From Trichormus sp. ATA11-4-KO1 (lineage in GTDB: Bacteria > Cyanobacteriota > Cyanobacteriia > Cyanobacteriales > Nostocaceae): a stretch of DNA of 64,000 nucleotides. Of the stretch, positions 1-13,069 are shown piece after piece. The DNA is taken from assembly GCA_019358915.1 (NCBI GenBank), contig JAHHIM010000013.1, positions 32,001-96,000 on the forward strand, written 5' to 3'. The notes beneath the pieces were generated by a model that worked only from the letters and a program-made list of their open reading frames with translations, did not search any database and was not told where the DNA came from. Position 1 is the first letter of the stretch; each line of letters begins with the position of its first letter. The position numbers and the translations under genes are program-made.

Positions 1-2
1 GT

Positions 3-518
3 TTAAGATACACACCAAACCCTGTAGTTCCTTACCTACAGACCTTTGCTAGCATCACAGGTACTACCAGTCATTACACTAATGGCGATAATCAAAGTAC
101 CTTGACTGGTACAGTTGGCTTAGTCGGGCAAATTGGTCATTTTTCTCGCCCCTATCTAGACTATACCGCTTTCAATGTCAGTTATTCTCAGGGCTTAAAT
201 AGCGGATTATCGCCCTTTTTGTTTGATCGCTCTGTTGATAACAAAGTATTGAGTGCGGGAATTTCACAGCAAATTTATGGGCCATTTCGTTTAGGCTTTC
301 AAACATCAATTAACTTGGATACAGGTAGAGAAACTAGCACCGACTATATTTTGGAATATAGCCGCCGCACTTATGGAATCACCTTGCGTTACAATCCAGT
401 ACTGGAATTAGGTGGCTTCAGTATTAGAATTAGTGACTTTAACTGGACTGGTGGTACTGATCCATTCTCTGGTGGCGAAGTTAGGCCAGTTGTCGATGGT
501 GTGCGACAGGACAATTAA
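3..518 (+). CDS. C-terminal part of a DUF3769 / LptD-like outer-membrane beta-barrel protein (5' end outside window)
   Basis: Frame is open from position 3. C-terminus (QQIYGPFRLGFQTSINLDTG...DYILEYSRRTYGITLRYNPV...IRISDFNW) resembles cyanobacterial DUF3769 proteins. Confidence 0.7.
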   Translation, partial: LRYTPNPVVPYLQTFASITGTTSHYTNGDNQSTLTGTVGLVGQIGHFSRPYLDYTAFNVSYSQGLNSGLSPFLFDRSVDNKVLSAGISQQIYGPFRLGFQTSINLDTGRETSTDYILEYSRRTYGITLRYNPVLELGGFSIRISDFNWTGGTDPFSGGEVRPVVDGVRQDN

Positions 519-575
519 TTAGGGTTTGCTGAAAAAGAAAGAAACAAGGGAAACTTTTTTAGATCATCTCCCCAC

Positions 576-2084
576 TCAGGAAGGAAGCACTTTCAAAGGC
601 AAAGTAACAGTGAATGTCGTACCGACACCAACTTGACTGGTGACACTGATTGTACCCTGGTGAGCTTCAACACACCTTTTAACGATCACTAACCCCAGTC
701 CTGTACCCTGAATTGATTGAACATTTGAGGCTCGATAAAATGATTCAAACAGTCGAATTTGATCTACTTCCGGAATACCAATTCCGTGGTCTTGAATCCG
801 AAAAATGGCTACTTCTGCAATAGAATCACAGGTTAAATCAAAATGAATATTCTCCCCTTGAGGAGAATACTTAACTGCGTTAGAAAGTAAATTAATCAAT
901 ATGTAATGTAAGAGTCGCTCATCTATCAAAGTATCTGTGCATTCACCATAACAAGTAAAAATTACTTCATGTCCATTACTTTTATGATTAATCGCAGAAA
1001 ATTCTGCAATTATTTCTCTACATACTTGCTCTAAGTTTAGTAGATGTGGGTGGCACTCAATTTTTCCTACATCTGACTTACCCATAAACAGCACATCTTC
1101 CATTAACTGTTTCATGGATTCTATAGCACCTTTAATTCGTCGTAAGTAGGTGTTTTTTTTTGCTTCTGTTAAACGCTCTCCTTGGAGTTCTATCAGTTCT
1201 ACTGCTGTTTGAATAACAGTTAGAGGATTACGAAATTCATGAGAGACTGTAGAGATAAATAGGGATTTGAGATTGTTGAGTTCGCGCTCTTTATTCAATG
1301 CTTGCTCTAGCAATTCTGTTTGACGGCGTTCGCTGAGATCCCAAAAAACCACCACTACACCATTTATTTGGTCAGGTCGCCGCATGATAGGTGAAGCACT
1401 ATCTCCAATGGGAACTTTTTTTCCGTCTTTGGTAATTAAAGATGTGAATTCCCCTAAATAGACAACCTGTTGTTCTCGCAGCACCTTGATCACTGGATTT
1501 TCCAGTGAAGCTTGTGTCACTTCATCAATAATATGAAAAATTCTGGATATGTGCTTTCCCAGAGCATCTGCTTGCTGCCAGCCAGTCAATAATTCTGCTG
1601 CGGGATTCATAAATGTCACCATTGCTTGCTCATTGGTGGCAATTACAGCATCACTCATTGAGTTTAAAAGAGTTGCTAACCGATCACGATTCTCCCGCAA
1701 GTCACGTTCTAGTTGATGTTTTAATAGACCGATTTCAACAGCTATTCTTAAATCTTTAGAAGTAAATGGTTTAACAACATATCCAAAGGGTTGAGTGAGT
1801 TTCGCACGTTGCAGAGTATTCTCATCACCATAAGCGGTGAGAAAAATTACGGGAATATCCAATTGCTCACGAATATAAGTAGCGGCGGCAATACCATCCA
1901 TGTCACCTTTCAGGATAATATCCATTAAAACCAGTTCTGGTTTAATTTCCGATGCCTTGGCGATCGCTACTTTTCCAGAAGAAGCCGTGCCTGTAACCAT
2001 GTATCCTAATTGATTCAGTTGGCTGGCAATGGTTCTTGCTACAATCACTTCATCTTCAACGACTAAAATTCTCACTTGACCCAT
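576..2084 (-). CDS. Hybrid histidine kinase (REC-PAS-HisKA-HATPase)
   Basis: N-terminal receiver (ILVVEDE...LMDI...FLTA...KPF), PAS domain, H-box SHEFRNPL, N-box NAVKYS, G-boxes DHGIGI and GTGLGL. Confidence 0.93.
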   Translation of the reverse strand: MGQVRILVVEDEVIVARTIASQLNQLGYMVTGTASSGKVAIAKASEIKPELVLMDIILKGDMDGIAAATYIREQLDIPVIFLTAYGDENTLQRAKLTQPFGYVVKPFTSKDLRIAVEIGLLKHQLERDLRENRDRLATLLNSMSDAVIATNEQAMVTFMNPAAELLTGWQQADALGKHISRIFHIIDEVTQASLENPVIKVLREQQVVYLGEFTSLITKDGKKVPIGDSASPIMRRPDQINGVVVVFWDLSERRQTELLEQALNKERELNNLKSLFISTVSHEFRNPLTVIQTAVELIELQGERLTEAKKNTYLRRIKGAIESMKQLMEDVLFMGKSDVGKIECHPHLLNLEQVCREIIAEFSAINHKSNGHEVIFTCYGECTDTLIDERLLHYILINLLSNAVKYSPQGENIHFDLTCDSIAEVAIFRIQDHGIGIPEVDQIRLFESFYRASNVQSIQGTGLGLVIVKRCVEAHQGTISVTSQVGVGTTFTVTLPLKVLPS

Positions 2085-2091
2085 TGGAAAT

Positions 2092-4389
2092 TTATTGATG
2101 CAAAGTTAACTGCGGAAATTGAATTTTGAACACTGTTCCACGGTTACGTTCTACAGTCATACTACCTTCTAGTTGTTCTGTAACCAAGTCAGAAACTAAG
2201 GAAAGACCTAAAGAATCTGTATTACTCCAATCTAAATTATTTGGTAACCCAATGCCATTATCTTGAATAATCAACTCAATAGCATTACTAATATTGCGTA
2301 AATTAATCATAATTTTACCTGTTCGTTGCTGGGGAAAAGCATGTTTGAGAGCATTGGAGATTAATTCATTGATGATCAGCCCACAGGCAATAGCTTGGTC
2401 AATATTTAAACTAATGGCATCTATATTAGTTTCTAGCTCAATCTGACTAGGTACTATCTGATAAGAAATGAGGATACTAGTTGTCAAATTCTGTATGTAG
2501 TCAGCAACATCCAGTTGCCCAATATTAGATGAAGTATATAAGTTTTTGTGAATTAAAGATATAGAGTCAATGCGATTTTGGCTGTCTCGAAAAACTTTGA
2601 TAATTTCTGAATCTTTGAGTGTTTGAGACTGGAGTTGTAATAAACTTGATACAATTTGTAAATTATTTTTAACTCGATGATGAATTTCTTTTAAGAGAAC
2701 TTCTTTTTCTACTAACGCACTTCTTAAATTCATTTCAGCTTTCTGACGTTCAGCAAGTTCATTCTGAGCTTGCTGAAATATGCTGGATTGTTGAATGGCG
2801 ATCGCAATTTGCACTGTCAGTTGATCTAGTAAGTCCAATTGATTTTCTGACCACTCGCGGGGACCAGAGCATTGGTGCGCGACGAGTAAACCCCACAAGC
2901 TAGAACCAACATTGTCTCCACCTACTTCTAAAATAATAGGCACAACTAAATTAGCTTTAACCTCAAACTGTTCTAGCAATTGCAGATGACAATCACTAAG
3001 TTTAGCTTCATAAATATTGGCGATCGCTTGTTTGCGTCCTTGATGATAATCCAATCCTGCACCAGTCTGAAAACATGTATCTTCAATCTTGACACCTAAA
3101 GAAACTGTCCATCCTGCCTCTACTGACTCTGCGACAACTTTGCCACTCATATCTGAGGCAAATTGATAAACTACAACTCGGTCAACCTCTAGCAAATCTC
3201 GCACTTCTTTGACTGTGGCATTGAGAATATCTTGCAGATTCAAAGATTGACGAATCCTCTCGGCTACAGTTCGCATCAATTGCTCCCGTTCAGCTTGAGC
3301 TTTGAGAGCTAGTTCAGCTTGCTTGCGTTCTGTGATATCCTGCCCAATGCCGATAATTTGACCATCTCGAAGGCTAACATTAGTCCAAGACGTATCTATT
3401 ACCCGACCATCCCGCGCCTGAGTTTTAAAGTCACCCCAAGTGCGTTTTGCAGATTGAATAAACTCGATTACATACTGACGATATTCAGAATTAGGGTATA
3501 GCTCAGTTAGAATATCGCGGTCTTGAAAATCTTGCAACTGCCAACCGAAAACACTTTCTAATTCTTGGTTCACCCATTGGAGTTTACCTTCAGCATTGAT
3601 TAATGTAATCATCAATGGGATGCGAGCAAAAATACTTTGCAGAAACTCATTTTGTTCTTGGAGTTTTGCTTCCGCATTTTTGCGTTCAGTAATGTCTGAC
3701 AATACAGCTAATATTGCCGATTCACCGTTAAAAGTTAAATACTGAAGTGAAGCGATCGCCCAAAAAGAAGTTCCATCTCCTCTTTTGAGTGGGAGTTCAT
3801 AATTTTGCAGTGAGCCATGCTGGGAAAGAGCTTCTAAAACTACTTTAGCTTCAGCTTTATCGTGATATAAATCTAAAGCTAGATAATTAATTAAATCCTC
3901 TGACGAAAAACGAAATGTTTGAAAGAATTCTGGGTTAGCATATAAAATTAAACCATCAGATAAGCGCGAAATTATTAATGGTACAGGAATAGCTTTAGAA
4001 ATTGCTCGAAATCTAGCTTCACTCTCCTGGAGGTTTTTTTCTATTTGTTTACGCGCTGTAATATCTTTGATATCTACTAACTGGGCATTACATCCAGCAT
4101 AGTTTATTGGCTGTGTAATCGTTTCTACATCAATAATTTTTCCATTCTTTTGACGATGTTGCCATTCTTGCGATAAGTTTAATTCAGTTTTTTTTTCGGT
4201 TAAAGATTCCAGCAATCTAGTGATATCTTCTGGCGAGTAAATGTCAGTAATTCGCATTTGTAAGAACTCTTCACGAGAGTAGCCATATTGGGAAACAGCA
4301 GCTTCATTGACATCTAAAAATTTTAAAGTATTTTGGTCATATACCCACATGGGGTGAGGATGACTCGCAAAAAGGAGACTAGAATTCAT
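2092..4389 (-). CDS. PAS x3 - cyanobacteriochrome GAF - HisKA_2/HATPase sensor kinase
   Basis: Three PAS repeats ending in DITERK-like motifs; GAF with DTCF and CH motifs; HisKA_2 H-box [23 protein letters not shown]. Confidence 0.9.
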   Translation of the reverse strand: MNSSLLFASHPHPMWVYDQNTLKFLDVNEAAVSQYGYSREEFLQMRITDIYSPEDITRLLESLTEKKTELNLSQEWQHRQKNGKIIDVETITQPINYAGCNAQLVDIKDITARKQIEKNLQESEARFRAISKAIPVPLIISRLSDGLILYANPEFFQTFRFSSEDLINYLALDLYHDKAEAKVVLEALSQHGSLQNYELPLKRGDGTSFWAIASLQYLTFNGESAILAVLSDITERKNAEAKLQEQNEFLQSIFARIPLMITLINAEGKLQWVNQELESVFGWQLQDFQDRDILTELYPNSEYRQYVIEFIQSAKRTWGDFKTQARDGRVIDTSWTNVSLRDGQIIGIGQDITERKQAELALKAQAEREQLMRTVAERIRQSLNLQDILNATVKEVRDLLEVDRVVVYQFASDMSGKVVAESVEAGWTVSLGVKIEDTCFQTGAGLDYHQGRKQAIANIYEAKLSDCHLQLLEQFEVKANLVVPIILEVGGDNVGSSLWGLLVAHQCSGPREWSENQLDLLDQLTVQIAIAIQQSSIFQQAQNELAERQKAEMNLRSALVEKEVLLKEIHHRVKNNLQIVSSLLQLQSQTLKDSEIIKVFRDSQNRIDSISLIHKNLYTSSNIGQLDVADYIQNLTTSILISYQIVPSQIELETNIDAISLNIDQAIACGLIINELISNALKHAFPQQRTGKIMINLRNISNAIELIIQDNGIGLPNNLDWSNTDSLGLSLVSDLVTEQLEGSMTVERNRGTVFKIQFPQLTLHQ

Positions 4390-4531
4390 ACGGCTCTCTT
4401 GAAGGAAGAATTTATTGCCAATGCAAAGGATTGGGGACTGGGGATTAATGAAGAGTGCTGAGTGCTGAGTAAGGTAAAACCTATTTCTTCTTTCTCCTCC
4501 GCCTCTTTGCCCCTCTGCTTCTTCTATGCGC

Positions 4532-6064
4532 TCACCTTGGCCTTCCCAACGTGGTGACGTAAATCACAGCTTCATCAGCAGGAATGCCTAAAACTTCATT
4601 TACTTGGTCATCAAAAAAGCCGCCAATACCACTGACACCTAAATTTAGATGAGTTGCGGCTAAATTCAGCCGTTGTCCTAAATGTCCGGCATCCATATGT
4701 AAGTAACGGTAAACGCGATCGCCGTACTGAGCGATCGCGGATTTTAAATCGGCTGTATGAAAAAGCACGGCGGCTGCATCCCTTCCTAAATCCTGCCCCA
4801 AGCAAAGGAAGTGTAACTCGCGCCGGAAGTTTTTAAATCGAATTTGTCGTAATTCTTGAGCTTTGGGTGCGTAATAGTAACAGCCTGACTCTAAGCCTGT
4901 CACGCCACTGACAGCAATAAATGTTTCAATTAAATTTAGGTCAAAGTAGTCTGGAGAACTATCTAAACTTTGGTCAATATAATTTTGTGGTTGATAGGTG
5001 AAATCGAGTAAAGCTTTGAGTTCATCAAAGGTTAAATTATCGCCACTGTAAGCGCGGGTAGAACGTCGCTTATACATGGTGATTTCCAAATCTGACAGTT
5101 TTTCTCTCCAGTAAATGGGCGTGGTAGTCGTGGGGATTTTTAGACAGAAAGGAAAATTATATTTATCCTCCAAAGACTTTTCTTGTTTGACCGTTGGTAA
5201 ATTGAGTTTACCTGTGATTCCTGGTTGAATCTGGGTGTGGCGATGAAAATATCTTAGCAATTCCCCGTCTGGGATGGGTGGATAATTAGTTTCGGTAGCT
5301 GAAGGTAAAGCAGTACATCCCAGTGGTAAATTTTGTTGGATATCTAATAAGTCTGCCAGAGGCAGGATAGCGATCGCTCCTTCTTGTTGCGAATCGATAT
5401 AAAGTAAATCGTTGATGGCTTCATCGATAAAACCGCCAATCAAATGCGGGCGATAATCATTAATCGCCGCAGCTAACTCGATGTTACCCAACAAATGGCC
5501 TGTATCTAGAAATATTCGGCGGTAAGCCCTATCTTCATATCGCCACGCTGAACGATAGAAAACCCCAGTAATAATAATTGCTAATTGAGTACTTTCCAGA
5601 ACGGGATGCCAAAAACAAGCTTCTTGCAAAGCTTGCCAAACGTCACTTTCCCAATAATGCATCAGGGAGTGAGTCCGACATTGGTAGTTATACAATCCAG
5701 GTGGTAATAACGGCGTACCACGAGAAACTACATACACTTCAGCAGGATACAACCCCCCAGCACTGGGGGCAGCCCGTAAATATACTGTACTACCCATAGA
5801 AGGCATTCTTGCCGTCAGTCCGTAGCTGCGAAACAGTAACCGCGAAAGTCTTTGCCACCACTGCGCATATGGGTTATTAGCAAAGGCGGCTGGTGTTTCT
5901 TGAATGTAGGGTTTTAGATCAAAAGTCGAGCCAATTTTGTAGTCTTTAAACGGCACTGGCTGTTTAGCCCAGTCTAACCCCTGACTTTTAGCAGCAAGAG
6001 TTTCAGGGTGGTATTTAGTACGTTCGTGATAGTGTTGAGCAATGGATTGGTGTGTTTCTGGCAT
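4532..6064 (-). CDS. SagB/ThcOx-family tandem nitroreductase-fold oxidoreductase
   Basis: [28 protein letters not shown] and [11 protein letters not shown] motifs in two nitroreductase-like halves. Confidence 0.85.
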   Translation of the reverse strand: MPETHQSIAQHYHERTKYHPETLAAKSQGLDWAKQPVPFKDYKIGSTFDLKPYIQETPAAFANNPYAQWWQRLSRLLFRSYGLTARMPSMGSTVYLRAAPSAGGLYPAEVYVVSRGTPLLPPGLYNYQCRTHSLMHYWESDVWQALQEACFWHPVLESTQLAIIITGVFYRSAWRYEDRAYRRIFLDTGHLLGNIELAAAINDYRPHLIGGFIDEAINDLLYIDSQQEGAIAILPLADLLDIQQNLPLGCTALPSATETNYPPIPDGELLRYFHRHTQIQPGITGKLNLPTVKQEKSLEDKYNFPFCLKIPTTTTPIYWREKLSDLEITMYKRRSTRAYSGDNLTFDELKALLDFTYQPQNYIDQSLDSSPDYFDLNLIETFIAVSGVTGLESGCYYYAPKAQELRQIRFKNFRRELHFLCLGQDLGRDAAAVLFHTADLKSAIAQYGDRVYRYLHMDAGHLGQRLNLAATHLNLGVSGIGGFFDDQVNEVLGIPADEAVIYVTTLGRPR

Positions 6065-6315
6065 ATTAATTTAAATACTCTTGGAGCATCCTTATTTTGA
6101 TCTTGGCATTCATCAGCCTCATTATTTCGTATTAATAAGCACAAACTTCCATCTCATTATGTGGTGTTTAGTGATTGCCATTGGATATCTGATTATGACT
6201 TGATGCGGATGTTAACCAAGGGTGTGATATTTTGCCATGCATCTGACTCAGTTTTGAAATGTCAATAGCAAAATGTCAGTTTAAGGAAAACCATTGAAGA
6301 AATCGAGTTTGTTAA

Positions 6316-7236
6316 CTAATCAGAATTAGCTGATTCTGGTGTCTGTGTCAAACTTGGCGAATGAGTGCATCGCCAACGGATAAAACCATAGACACTAGCA
6401 GCCAAAATTAATAATAAGGGACTATAAACCATTAACCAAATACCCAATTTGAGTAAGCCAATAATAAATGTACCCAATGAGTTAGTGGAGTTATTCCAGG
6501 TTTCTTGAACTTGGGAACCTAGGGTACGCTGTGGATTGCTGCTAGACACGGCTGCTTCTAGGTTTAGCGTAATCGTGGAATATGCAACTTGATTTTGTAA
6601 GTTTTTCAATTGGGCGTCAATTTGTTCGATGGATTGCCGGACATTATTCAGTTCTTGGGCAACACTCAGCACATCTCTGATGGAACCCGCCCGATCCATA
6701 ATTTTTTGTAAATTGGCTTCAGTTTTCCGCAAGTTAGTTAATCTGGCTTGGAAATCCACTAAGCGATCGCCTACATCTTCCGCCGTAATATTACGATTAT
6801 TCACAGTGCCTAATTTAGCTAATTGCTCTAAGGTAGGCTCTAGTAAGTTTTGCGGAACTCGTAGTGTGATCGATGCCATATGACGGCCATTGTCTGTTGT
6901 TGGTTGACGTTCGTTTAACTTAATCAAATCTCCTTGCTGTTGATTAATCACTTGTGAGACAGCATCGATACTCTGACTTACAGAGTTGACAATTACAGTC
7001 ATTGCGGCCTTTCTAATCAGTTGAGGACGCGCACGGGGTATTGGTGCATTTTCTGTTTGTTGAGGGCTACTTTCACTCACCGCAGGTGCTGCTGCTTGAT
7101 TGGCCAGGCGATCGCCTGGAGGTAATCCCTGATGTGATGATGGCTGCACAGAAGCACAACTGGTGAATATTACCCCTCCCAGTAGCGCACTGATCAACAA
7201 AGTAGATTGGCGTGGTAATTGAGTTGAAACGTGCAT
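6316..7236 (-). CDS. DUF4349 family lipoprotein / membrane protein
   Basis: Lipobox-like FTSC; LRVP...AEDV...coiled coil...VAYSTITL; C-terminal TM helix. Confidence 0.8.
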   Translation of the reverse strand: MHVSTQLPRQSTLLISALLGGVIFTSCASVQPSSHQGLPPGDRLANQAAAPAVSESSPQQTENAPIPRARPQLIRKAAMTVIVNSVSQSIDAVSQVINQQQGDLIKLNERQPTTDNGRHMASITLRVPQNLLEPTLEQLAKLGTVNNRNITAEDVGDRLVDFQARLTNLRKTEANLQKIMDRAGSIRDVLSVAQELNNVRQSIEQIDAQLKNLQNQVAYSTITLNLEAAVSSSNPQRTLGSQVQETWNNSTNSLGTFIIGLLKLGIWLMVYSPLLLILAASVYGFIRWRCTHSPSLTQTPESANSD

Positions 7237-7525
7237 AATCTACCCCCAGATAGATGAAGTTAATCTCAGTATGGCTGGGGGAAAAACTTAAAGTTGGGAT
7301 TGTTGCAATATATGTAACAAAGGCGATTTGCGATTTGCAGTGGGATGGCCAGTTCCTGGCTCGGCAGTAAACTAGCATATGGGCTTGTGATTGGTTTATC
7401 CAATTACGCAATGCATTAGAAATATTAAAAGCGACAGTTGCTAGAGAAACCTCTCTATAGATGAATTGTCAAACAATCCTTAACCCGCTACTAAATAATG
7501 GTGACTGCAAACTACAGCTAAAAGC

Positions 7526-8395
7526 ATGGAAACCAAACAGCTAGGAAATACAGGTGTCTTTGTCAGTGCAATCGGTTTGGGTGGGATGCCCATGTCAATT
7601 TATCATCGTCCTCCTGAATCTCAATCAATTCCAGTAATTCATCGTGCTTTGGATCTGGGCATCACCTTCATTGACACTGCTGACTCTTACTGCAAAGATG
7701 AGTCAGACAAGCACCATAACGAGCAACTAATTCACCAAGCACTTGCCAGTTACAAAGGTGATATTAGCCAAGTCATTGTAGCCACCAAAGGCGGTTTAAT
7801 GCGTCCTCAAGGTAACTGGACACGCAACGGTAACCCGGAACATTTGCGCCAAACAATTCGCGAAAGTTTTGCGGCTTTGGGTGGTGACAAACCCATCGAT
7901 GTTTGGCAATATCACGCCCCTGATCCTAATTACACCATTGCTGAATCCCTCGCAGCTGCCAAGGCCGCCGTAGAAGCGGGTTTGATTCGATTTGTGGGAG
8001 TTTCTAACTTTTCTGTAGAACAAATCAAGCAAGCGCGGGATGTGGTGAATATTGTCTCAGTGCAAAATCAATACAGTCCTTGGGAAAGACAGCCAGAAGT
8101 GGATGGTGTCTTACAATATTGTGAACAAGAAAAATTGACATTTTTACCGTGGAGTCCCTTTGGTGGGATGCGTCGCCATGAAAACTTGCAAGATATTCCC
8201 GCGATCGCGCAGTTAGCTCAAGAAAAAGGCGTATCAGTATACTGTATTGTGTTGGCGTGGTTGCGTTCCAAATCGCCTTGTATTTTGCCGATTCCGGGCG
8301 CTAGTAAAATTTCTAGTATCGAAGACTCAGTACGTGCTGTCGATGTGAAACTATCGGCGGAAGAAGTACAAAAAATTGATCAAGCAACGTCATAG
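7526..8395 (+). CDS. Aldo/keto reductase
   Basis: IGLGGM, DTADSY, ATKGG, GVSNF, QNQYS and PIPGAS motifs. Confidence 0.93.
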   Translation: METKQLGNTGVFVSAIGLGGMPMSIYHRPPESQSIPVIHRALDLGITFIDTADSYCKDESDKHHNEQLIHQALASYKGDISQVIVATKGGLMRPQGNWTRNGNPEHLRQTIRESFAALGGDKPIDVWQYHAPDPNYTIAESLAAAKAAVEAGLIRFVGVSNFSVEQIKQARDVVNIVSVQNQYSPWERQPEVDGVLQYCEQEKLTFLPWSPFGGMRRHENLQDIPAIAQLAQEKGVSVYCIVLAWLRSKSPCILPIPGASKISSIEDSVRAVDVKLSAEEVQKIDQATS

Positions 8396-8505
8396 AAATT
8401 TTAGATTGCAGTCTAGCCAAAATTGTTTTCCCATTCCCTATTCCCTACTCCCCACCCTTTTAAGGTACAATCAAAAGCCTGCCAATTAATGACGATGCTT
8501 GCTGA

Positions 8506-9513
<1,008 letters not shown>

Positions 9514-9673
9514 TCAAGAAGGGAACAGAGGACAAGCCTCGCCGTGAGCGTTAGTTGAACTGGAATAGGGAACAGAGTTTTTGCTTTCTATTTTCTCTTT
9601 GGAAGTAAGAGATTCCCAATTCTGCAAGTGACAGGTTTTGGATGGGGTATAAATCCCCATCCAACATTCTCTG

Positions 9674-10909
9674 TTAAAGTTTAAACTTCTCAGTAATCCG
9701 TTTCATTGCTTCTTCCACATTTTCCCGGCTGTTAAATGCCGAAATGCGGAAGTAGCCTTCACCCGCAGCACCAAAGCCAGAACCAGGTGTACCCACCACA
9801 TTGACAGTGTGTAGCAACTTATCAAAGAATTCCCAACTAGACAGATTATTAGGAGTTTTCACCCAGACGTAAGGTGCATTCACTCCACCGTACACAGCCA
9901 ATCCGGCGGCTGTTAGTTGTTCACGAATAATTTTGGCATTTTCCAGATAAAACCCAACTAATGCCTGAATTTGTGCCTGTCCTTCCTCAGAATAAACCGC
10001 TTCGGCTCCCCGTTGCACGATGTAGGACACGCCATTAAACTTGGTAGACTGGCGGCGATTCCACAGCTTCCACAGTTCCACATCAGAACCATCGGCGGCT
10101 TTGGCTGTCAGTGTCTTAGGTAAGACAGTTAACGCACAACGAGTTCCTGTAAAGCCTGCATTCTTGGAAAAAGAACGAAATTCGATCGCACATTCCCTGG
10201 CACCGGCAATTTCATATATAGAATGGGGAATCGCCGGATCTGTGATATAAGCTTCGTATGCAGCATCAAAGAAAATGATCGAGTTATTAGCCCTAGCATA
10301 ATCCACCCATGCTTGCAAGTATTCTTTGGTAGCAGTCGCACCAGTGGGGTTATTGGGGAAACAGAGGTAAATTAAATCAACTTTCTTGGAGGGAATTTCG
10401 GCGGTGAAGTTGTTTTCAGCCGAAATCGGCAGATAAACTAAACCCTCAAACTCACCTTGCTCATTGGCAGAACCAGTATTACCTGCCATAACATTTGTGT
10501 CCACATATACGGGGTATACAGGGTCAGTAACAGCGATAATATTGTTTTTGCCAAAAATGTCGAGAATATTGCCAGTATCGCACTTAGAACCATCGGAGAT
10601 AAAGATTTCCGCAGCGTCTATCTCAGCTCCCCGTGCTTGGAAATCTTGGGCAGCAATTTTTTCCCTTAACCAAGCATAACCTTGTTCTGGCCCATAGCCT
10701 TTAAAGGTGGAGCGATCGCCCATTTCTTCCACAGCTTTGATCATAGCTGTGCGGCAAGCTTGGGGTAGAGGTTCGGTGACATCACCAATACCCAGGCGGA
10801 TAATCTGAGCATCAGGATTGGCTTCGGCAAAGGCATTCACCCGCCGGGCAATTTCGGGAAACAGATAACCAGCTTTTAGCTTCAGGTAGTTGTCGTTAAT
10901 CGTTGCCAT
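9674..10909 (-). CDS. dapL: LL-diaminopimelate aminotransferase
   Basis: [33 protein letters not shown]; start taken at MATINDNY. Confidence 0.96.
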   Translation of the reverse strand: MATINDNYLKLKAGYLFPEIARRVNAFAEANPDAQIIRLGIGDVTEPLPQACRTAMIKAVEEMGDRSTFKGYGPEQGYAWLREKIAAQDFQARGAEIDAAEIFISDGSKCDTGNILDIFGKNNIIAVTDPVYPVYVDTNVMAGNTGSANEQGEFEGLVYLPISAENNFTAEIPSKKVDLIYLCFPNNPTGATATKEYLQAWVDYARANNSIIFFDAAYEAYITDPAIPHSIYEIAGARECAIEFRSFSKNAGFTGTRCALTVLPKTLTAKAADGSDVELWKLWNRRQSTKFNGVSYIVQRGAEAVYSEEGQAQIQALVGFYLENAKIIREQLTAAGLAVYGGVNAPYVWVKTPNNLSSWEFFDKLLHTVNVVGTPGSGFGAAGEGYFRISAFNSRENVEEAMKRITEKFKL

Positions 10910-11012
10910 AGTAAAGTTGAAAAAACGGCCTAGATAAAACAGCTTACTGCTAATTGATATATGCAATAGCGTGATTTTTTAAGAAAATTAAATATGCGTT
11001 TTCCATAACCCT

Positions 11013-11042
11013 TGTGGAGACATTACATGTAACGTCTCTACA
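11013..11042. repeat. REP-like palindrome
   Basis: TGTGGAGACATTACATGTAACGTCTCTACA is a near-perfect 30-bp palindrome resembling the GTAGAGACG...CGTCTCTAC repeats common in cyanobacteria. Confidence 0.6.
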
Positions 11043-11213
11043 TTCTGTTCATAGCCGTGGGATGAGTTAATTGCGGTCTACATCAAAAAAAGTAGTAACA
11101 ATGCAAATATTCCTTGAGGCTATCTATAATTAGTTCCGATGGCAGATTTAATGCCAAGGTGTGAATTGTTAATCTATGAATGTTCTGTAAAAATATTTAC
11201 TAAATTAAAAACA

Positions 11214-11486
11214 ATGAACATTCTTGCTTGGATTGTTTTAGGTTTAATTGCTGGTGCCATTGCTAAGGCTATCTATCCCGGTCATCAAGGTGGCGGTATT
11301 TTAGGAACAATTTTACTAGGAATTATCGGTGCATTTATTGGTGGCAGCTTGGGTGTATTTTTCAGTACAGGAACCTTTGCCTTAGCCGCACCTACCCTGA
11401 GTATTACAGGTATCATATTAGCGATTATTGGCGCGATCGTTGCCATTTTCTTATGGAACTTGCTAACTTCTCGTAGTGCTGTGTAA
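11214..11486 (+). CDS. GlsB/YeaQ/YmgE (transglycosylase-associated) stress membrane protein
   Basis: MNILAWIVLGLIAGAIAK...GIIGAFIGG; small protein with 3 TM helices. Confidence 0.9.
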   Translation: MNILAWIVLGLIAGAIAKAIYPGHQGGGILGTILLGIIGAFIGGSLGVFFSTGTFALAAPTLSITGIILAIIGAIVAIFLWNLLTSRSAV

Positions 11487-11555
11487 CAAGTTCAATTGCG
11501 GTTAGTTAGGTAATACTTAATTAAAGTCTGTTTCTACTTTTAAGAGGTAGATCCA

Positions 11556-11915
11556 ATGGATGTGGATAAATTTTTGCAGCGCTATGCTTCTGGAGAACGA
11601 GATTTTTCCCAGGTCGATTTGAGTAGAGCCAATCTGGGTGGAGCGATTTTACATCAAGTTAATCTCAGTGGTGCAAATCTCAGTAAAGCTAATCTGAATA
11701 AAGCACATCTTGAAGAAGCAAATCTCAGTAATGCAGATTTGAGTTCAACCTATCTAACAGCAGCAAATTTACAACGTGCTAACTTGCAAGGAGCTAACCT
11801 GCATAAAGCCGATTTAGATCGTGCCAATTTACGCTCAGCCAATTTGAAAAACGCTAATTTGGACGGAGCTAATCTGCGAAATGCTACGCTCCCTGATGGT
11901 AAAAGCTCAGATTAG
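11556..11915 (+). CDS. Pentapeptide-repeat protein
   Basis: Y.SGERDF start followed by A(N/D)LxX repeats. Confidence 0.92.
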   Translation: MDVDKFLQRYASGERDFSQVDLSRANLGGAILHQVNLSGANLSKANLNKAHLEEANLSNADLSSTYLTAANLQRANLQGANLHKADLDRANLRSANLKNANLDGANLRNATLPDGKSSD

Positions 11916-11964
11916 AGATCGTTTGCGGCAAATTTTTACTTAAGTAGTGTACGAGTAGGATAGC

Positions 11965-12117
11965 GTAAATAATTACAAGTTTGTAGTGAGAACTTTAGTC
12001 CTCTCTATCTCCTGTCAGAGACGCTTCGCGGTAAGCACAGCTATGCCCGCAGGGCTTTACAAAAAAGGGCTAAAGCCCTTACTACGAACTATTTCATTGT
12101 TTTAATTATTACTTACT
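11965..12117. repeat. Nested inverted-repeat (MITE-like) element containing SDR-type inserts
   Basis: Outer IR GTAAATAATTA / TAATTATTTAC. Inner 25-bp imperfect IR at 11978-12002 / 12066-12090. Internal AGCACAGCTATGCCCGCAGGGCTTTAC recurs inverted at about 61656-61683. Confidence 0.6.
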
Positions 12118-12246
12118 CCGTTATCTTTCATCGCAGAATAATTAAATTCCCTGATTTTTTACAACTAGATTAATTCAAAGAGTTGGGGATAGGAGAAAAG
12201 AGGTTTCATAGTCCCCAATCTTCAATCCCCTTGAATGATAAACGGA

Positions 12247-12798
12247 TTAGCGAGACTTACCAGAAGTAGAACCACCAGCAGACTTAGCCTCCTGAAGTAG
12301 CTGTGGCATACATTGTTCAATCTTTTGGGCTGTCTGTTCTTCTTGCTGCAAGTTTTGCTGTAGCAACTGCACAACCTGATTTTGATTCATCTGCTCGGCA
12401 ACCTTAATCATGCCACGGTAACAGGCAATCTCTAAGTTTTCGACCTTGGCCTGCGCTCCTGTTAGTGCCAAGTCCAGAATTTTAGGATTATCGGCAGCCA
12501 ACAACATAAGTTTTTGACCGTCACTGACAAGCCCAGCTGCACTATCACAATTCACTCGTTGTGGTTCCTGTCCCAAAATTTTGAATACCTGTTCCAGGTT
12601 CTGTATTTGCTGTTCTGTTTCGCGAATATGTGTCTCCATCAAAGACTTTAACTGGTTATTTTGACAACATTGGCACATCATCTGCATCGCTTCTAAAAAG
12701 CGATTTTCAGAATCGTACATTGCCCCTAATTCATAAGTGAATTTCTGTTGTAAGTTGGTAATTTTTTGTGTACCTGGACGTTCGCTGAGTTGAACCAT
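12247..12798 (-). CDS. Ferritin-like DUF892 (YciE/YciF) protein
   Basis: Helical; HIRETEQQIQNLEQVF, EIACY and LQQEEQT patterns. Confidence 0.85.
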   Translation of the reverse strand: MVQLSERPGTQKITNLQQKFTYELGAMYDSENRFLEAMQMMCQCCQNNQLKSLMETHIRETEQQIQNLEQVFKILGQEPQRVNCDSAAGLVSDGQKLMLLAADNPKILDLALTGAQAKVENLEIACYRGMIKVAEQMNQNQVVQLLQQNLQQEEQTAQKIEQCMPQLLQEAKSAGGSTSGKSR

Positions 12799-13069
12799 TT
12801 TAATCTCCTAAAGGTTTGACCCTGTATTCGACAGTCATACCTTTAACCTAAGTCCATCACCTGCGTCTTCTCTTCATACCTGAGGCACAGCTAACTGTTA
12901 ATTATGTCTGCTAAATCAGATACATTACTTAGTATCTGGGTTAGGTCAATTTTTTTGATTGACCATCGTGTCGTTCCGGAATACCACTACACTCCTACGT
13001 CACTATGATGACAGCCTCATCAGGGAATCAGTTAAAGTAAAGATACGTAAAGAAAGCGCTTTGAATTAA

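Noticed and set aside
4532..6064. SagB-type oxidase as the sign of a RiPP (azole peptide) cluster
   Set aside because: No YcaO cyclodehydratase, precursor peptide or protease nearby; this looks like the stand-alone tandem nitroreductase type.
12975..12980. TCCGGA upstream of nblB as a DIF1 promoter
   Set aside because: No -10 box at a suitable spacing on either strand.
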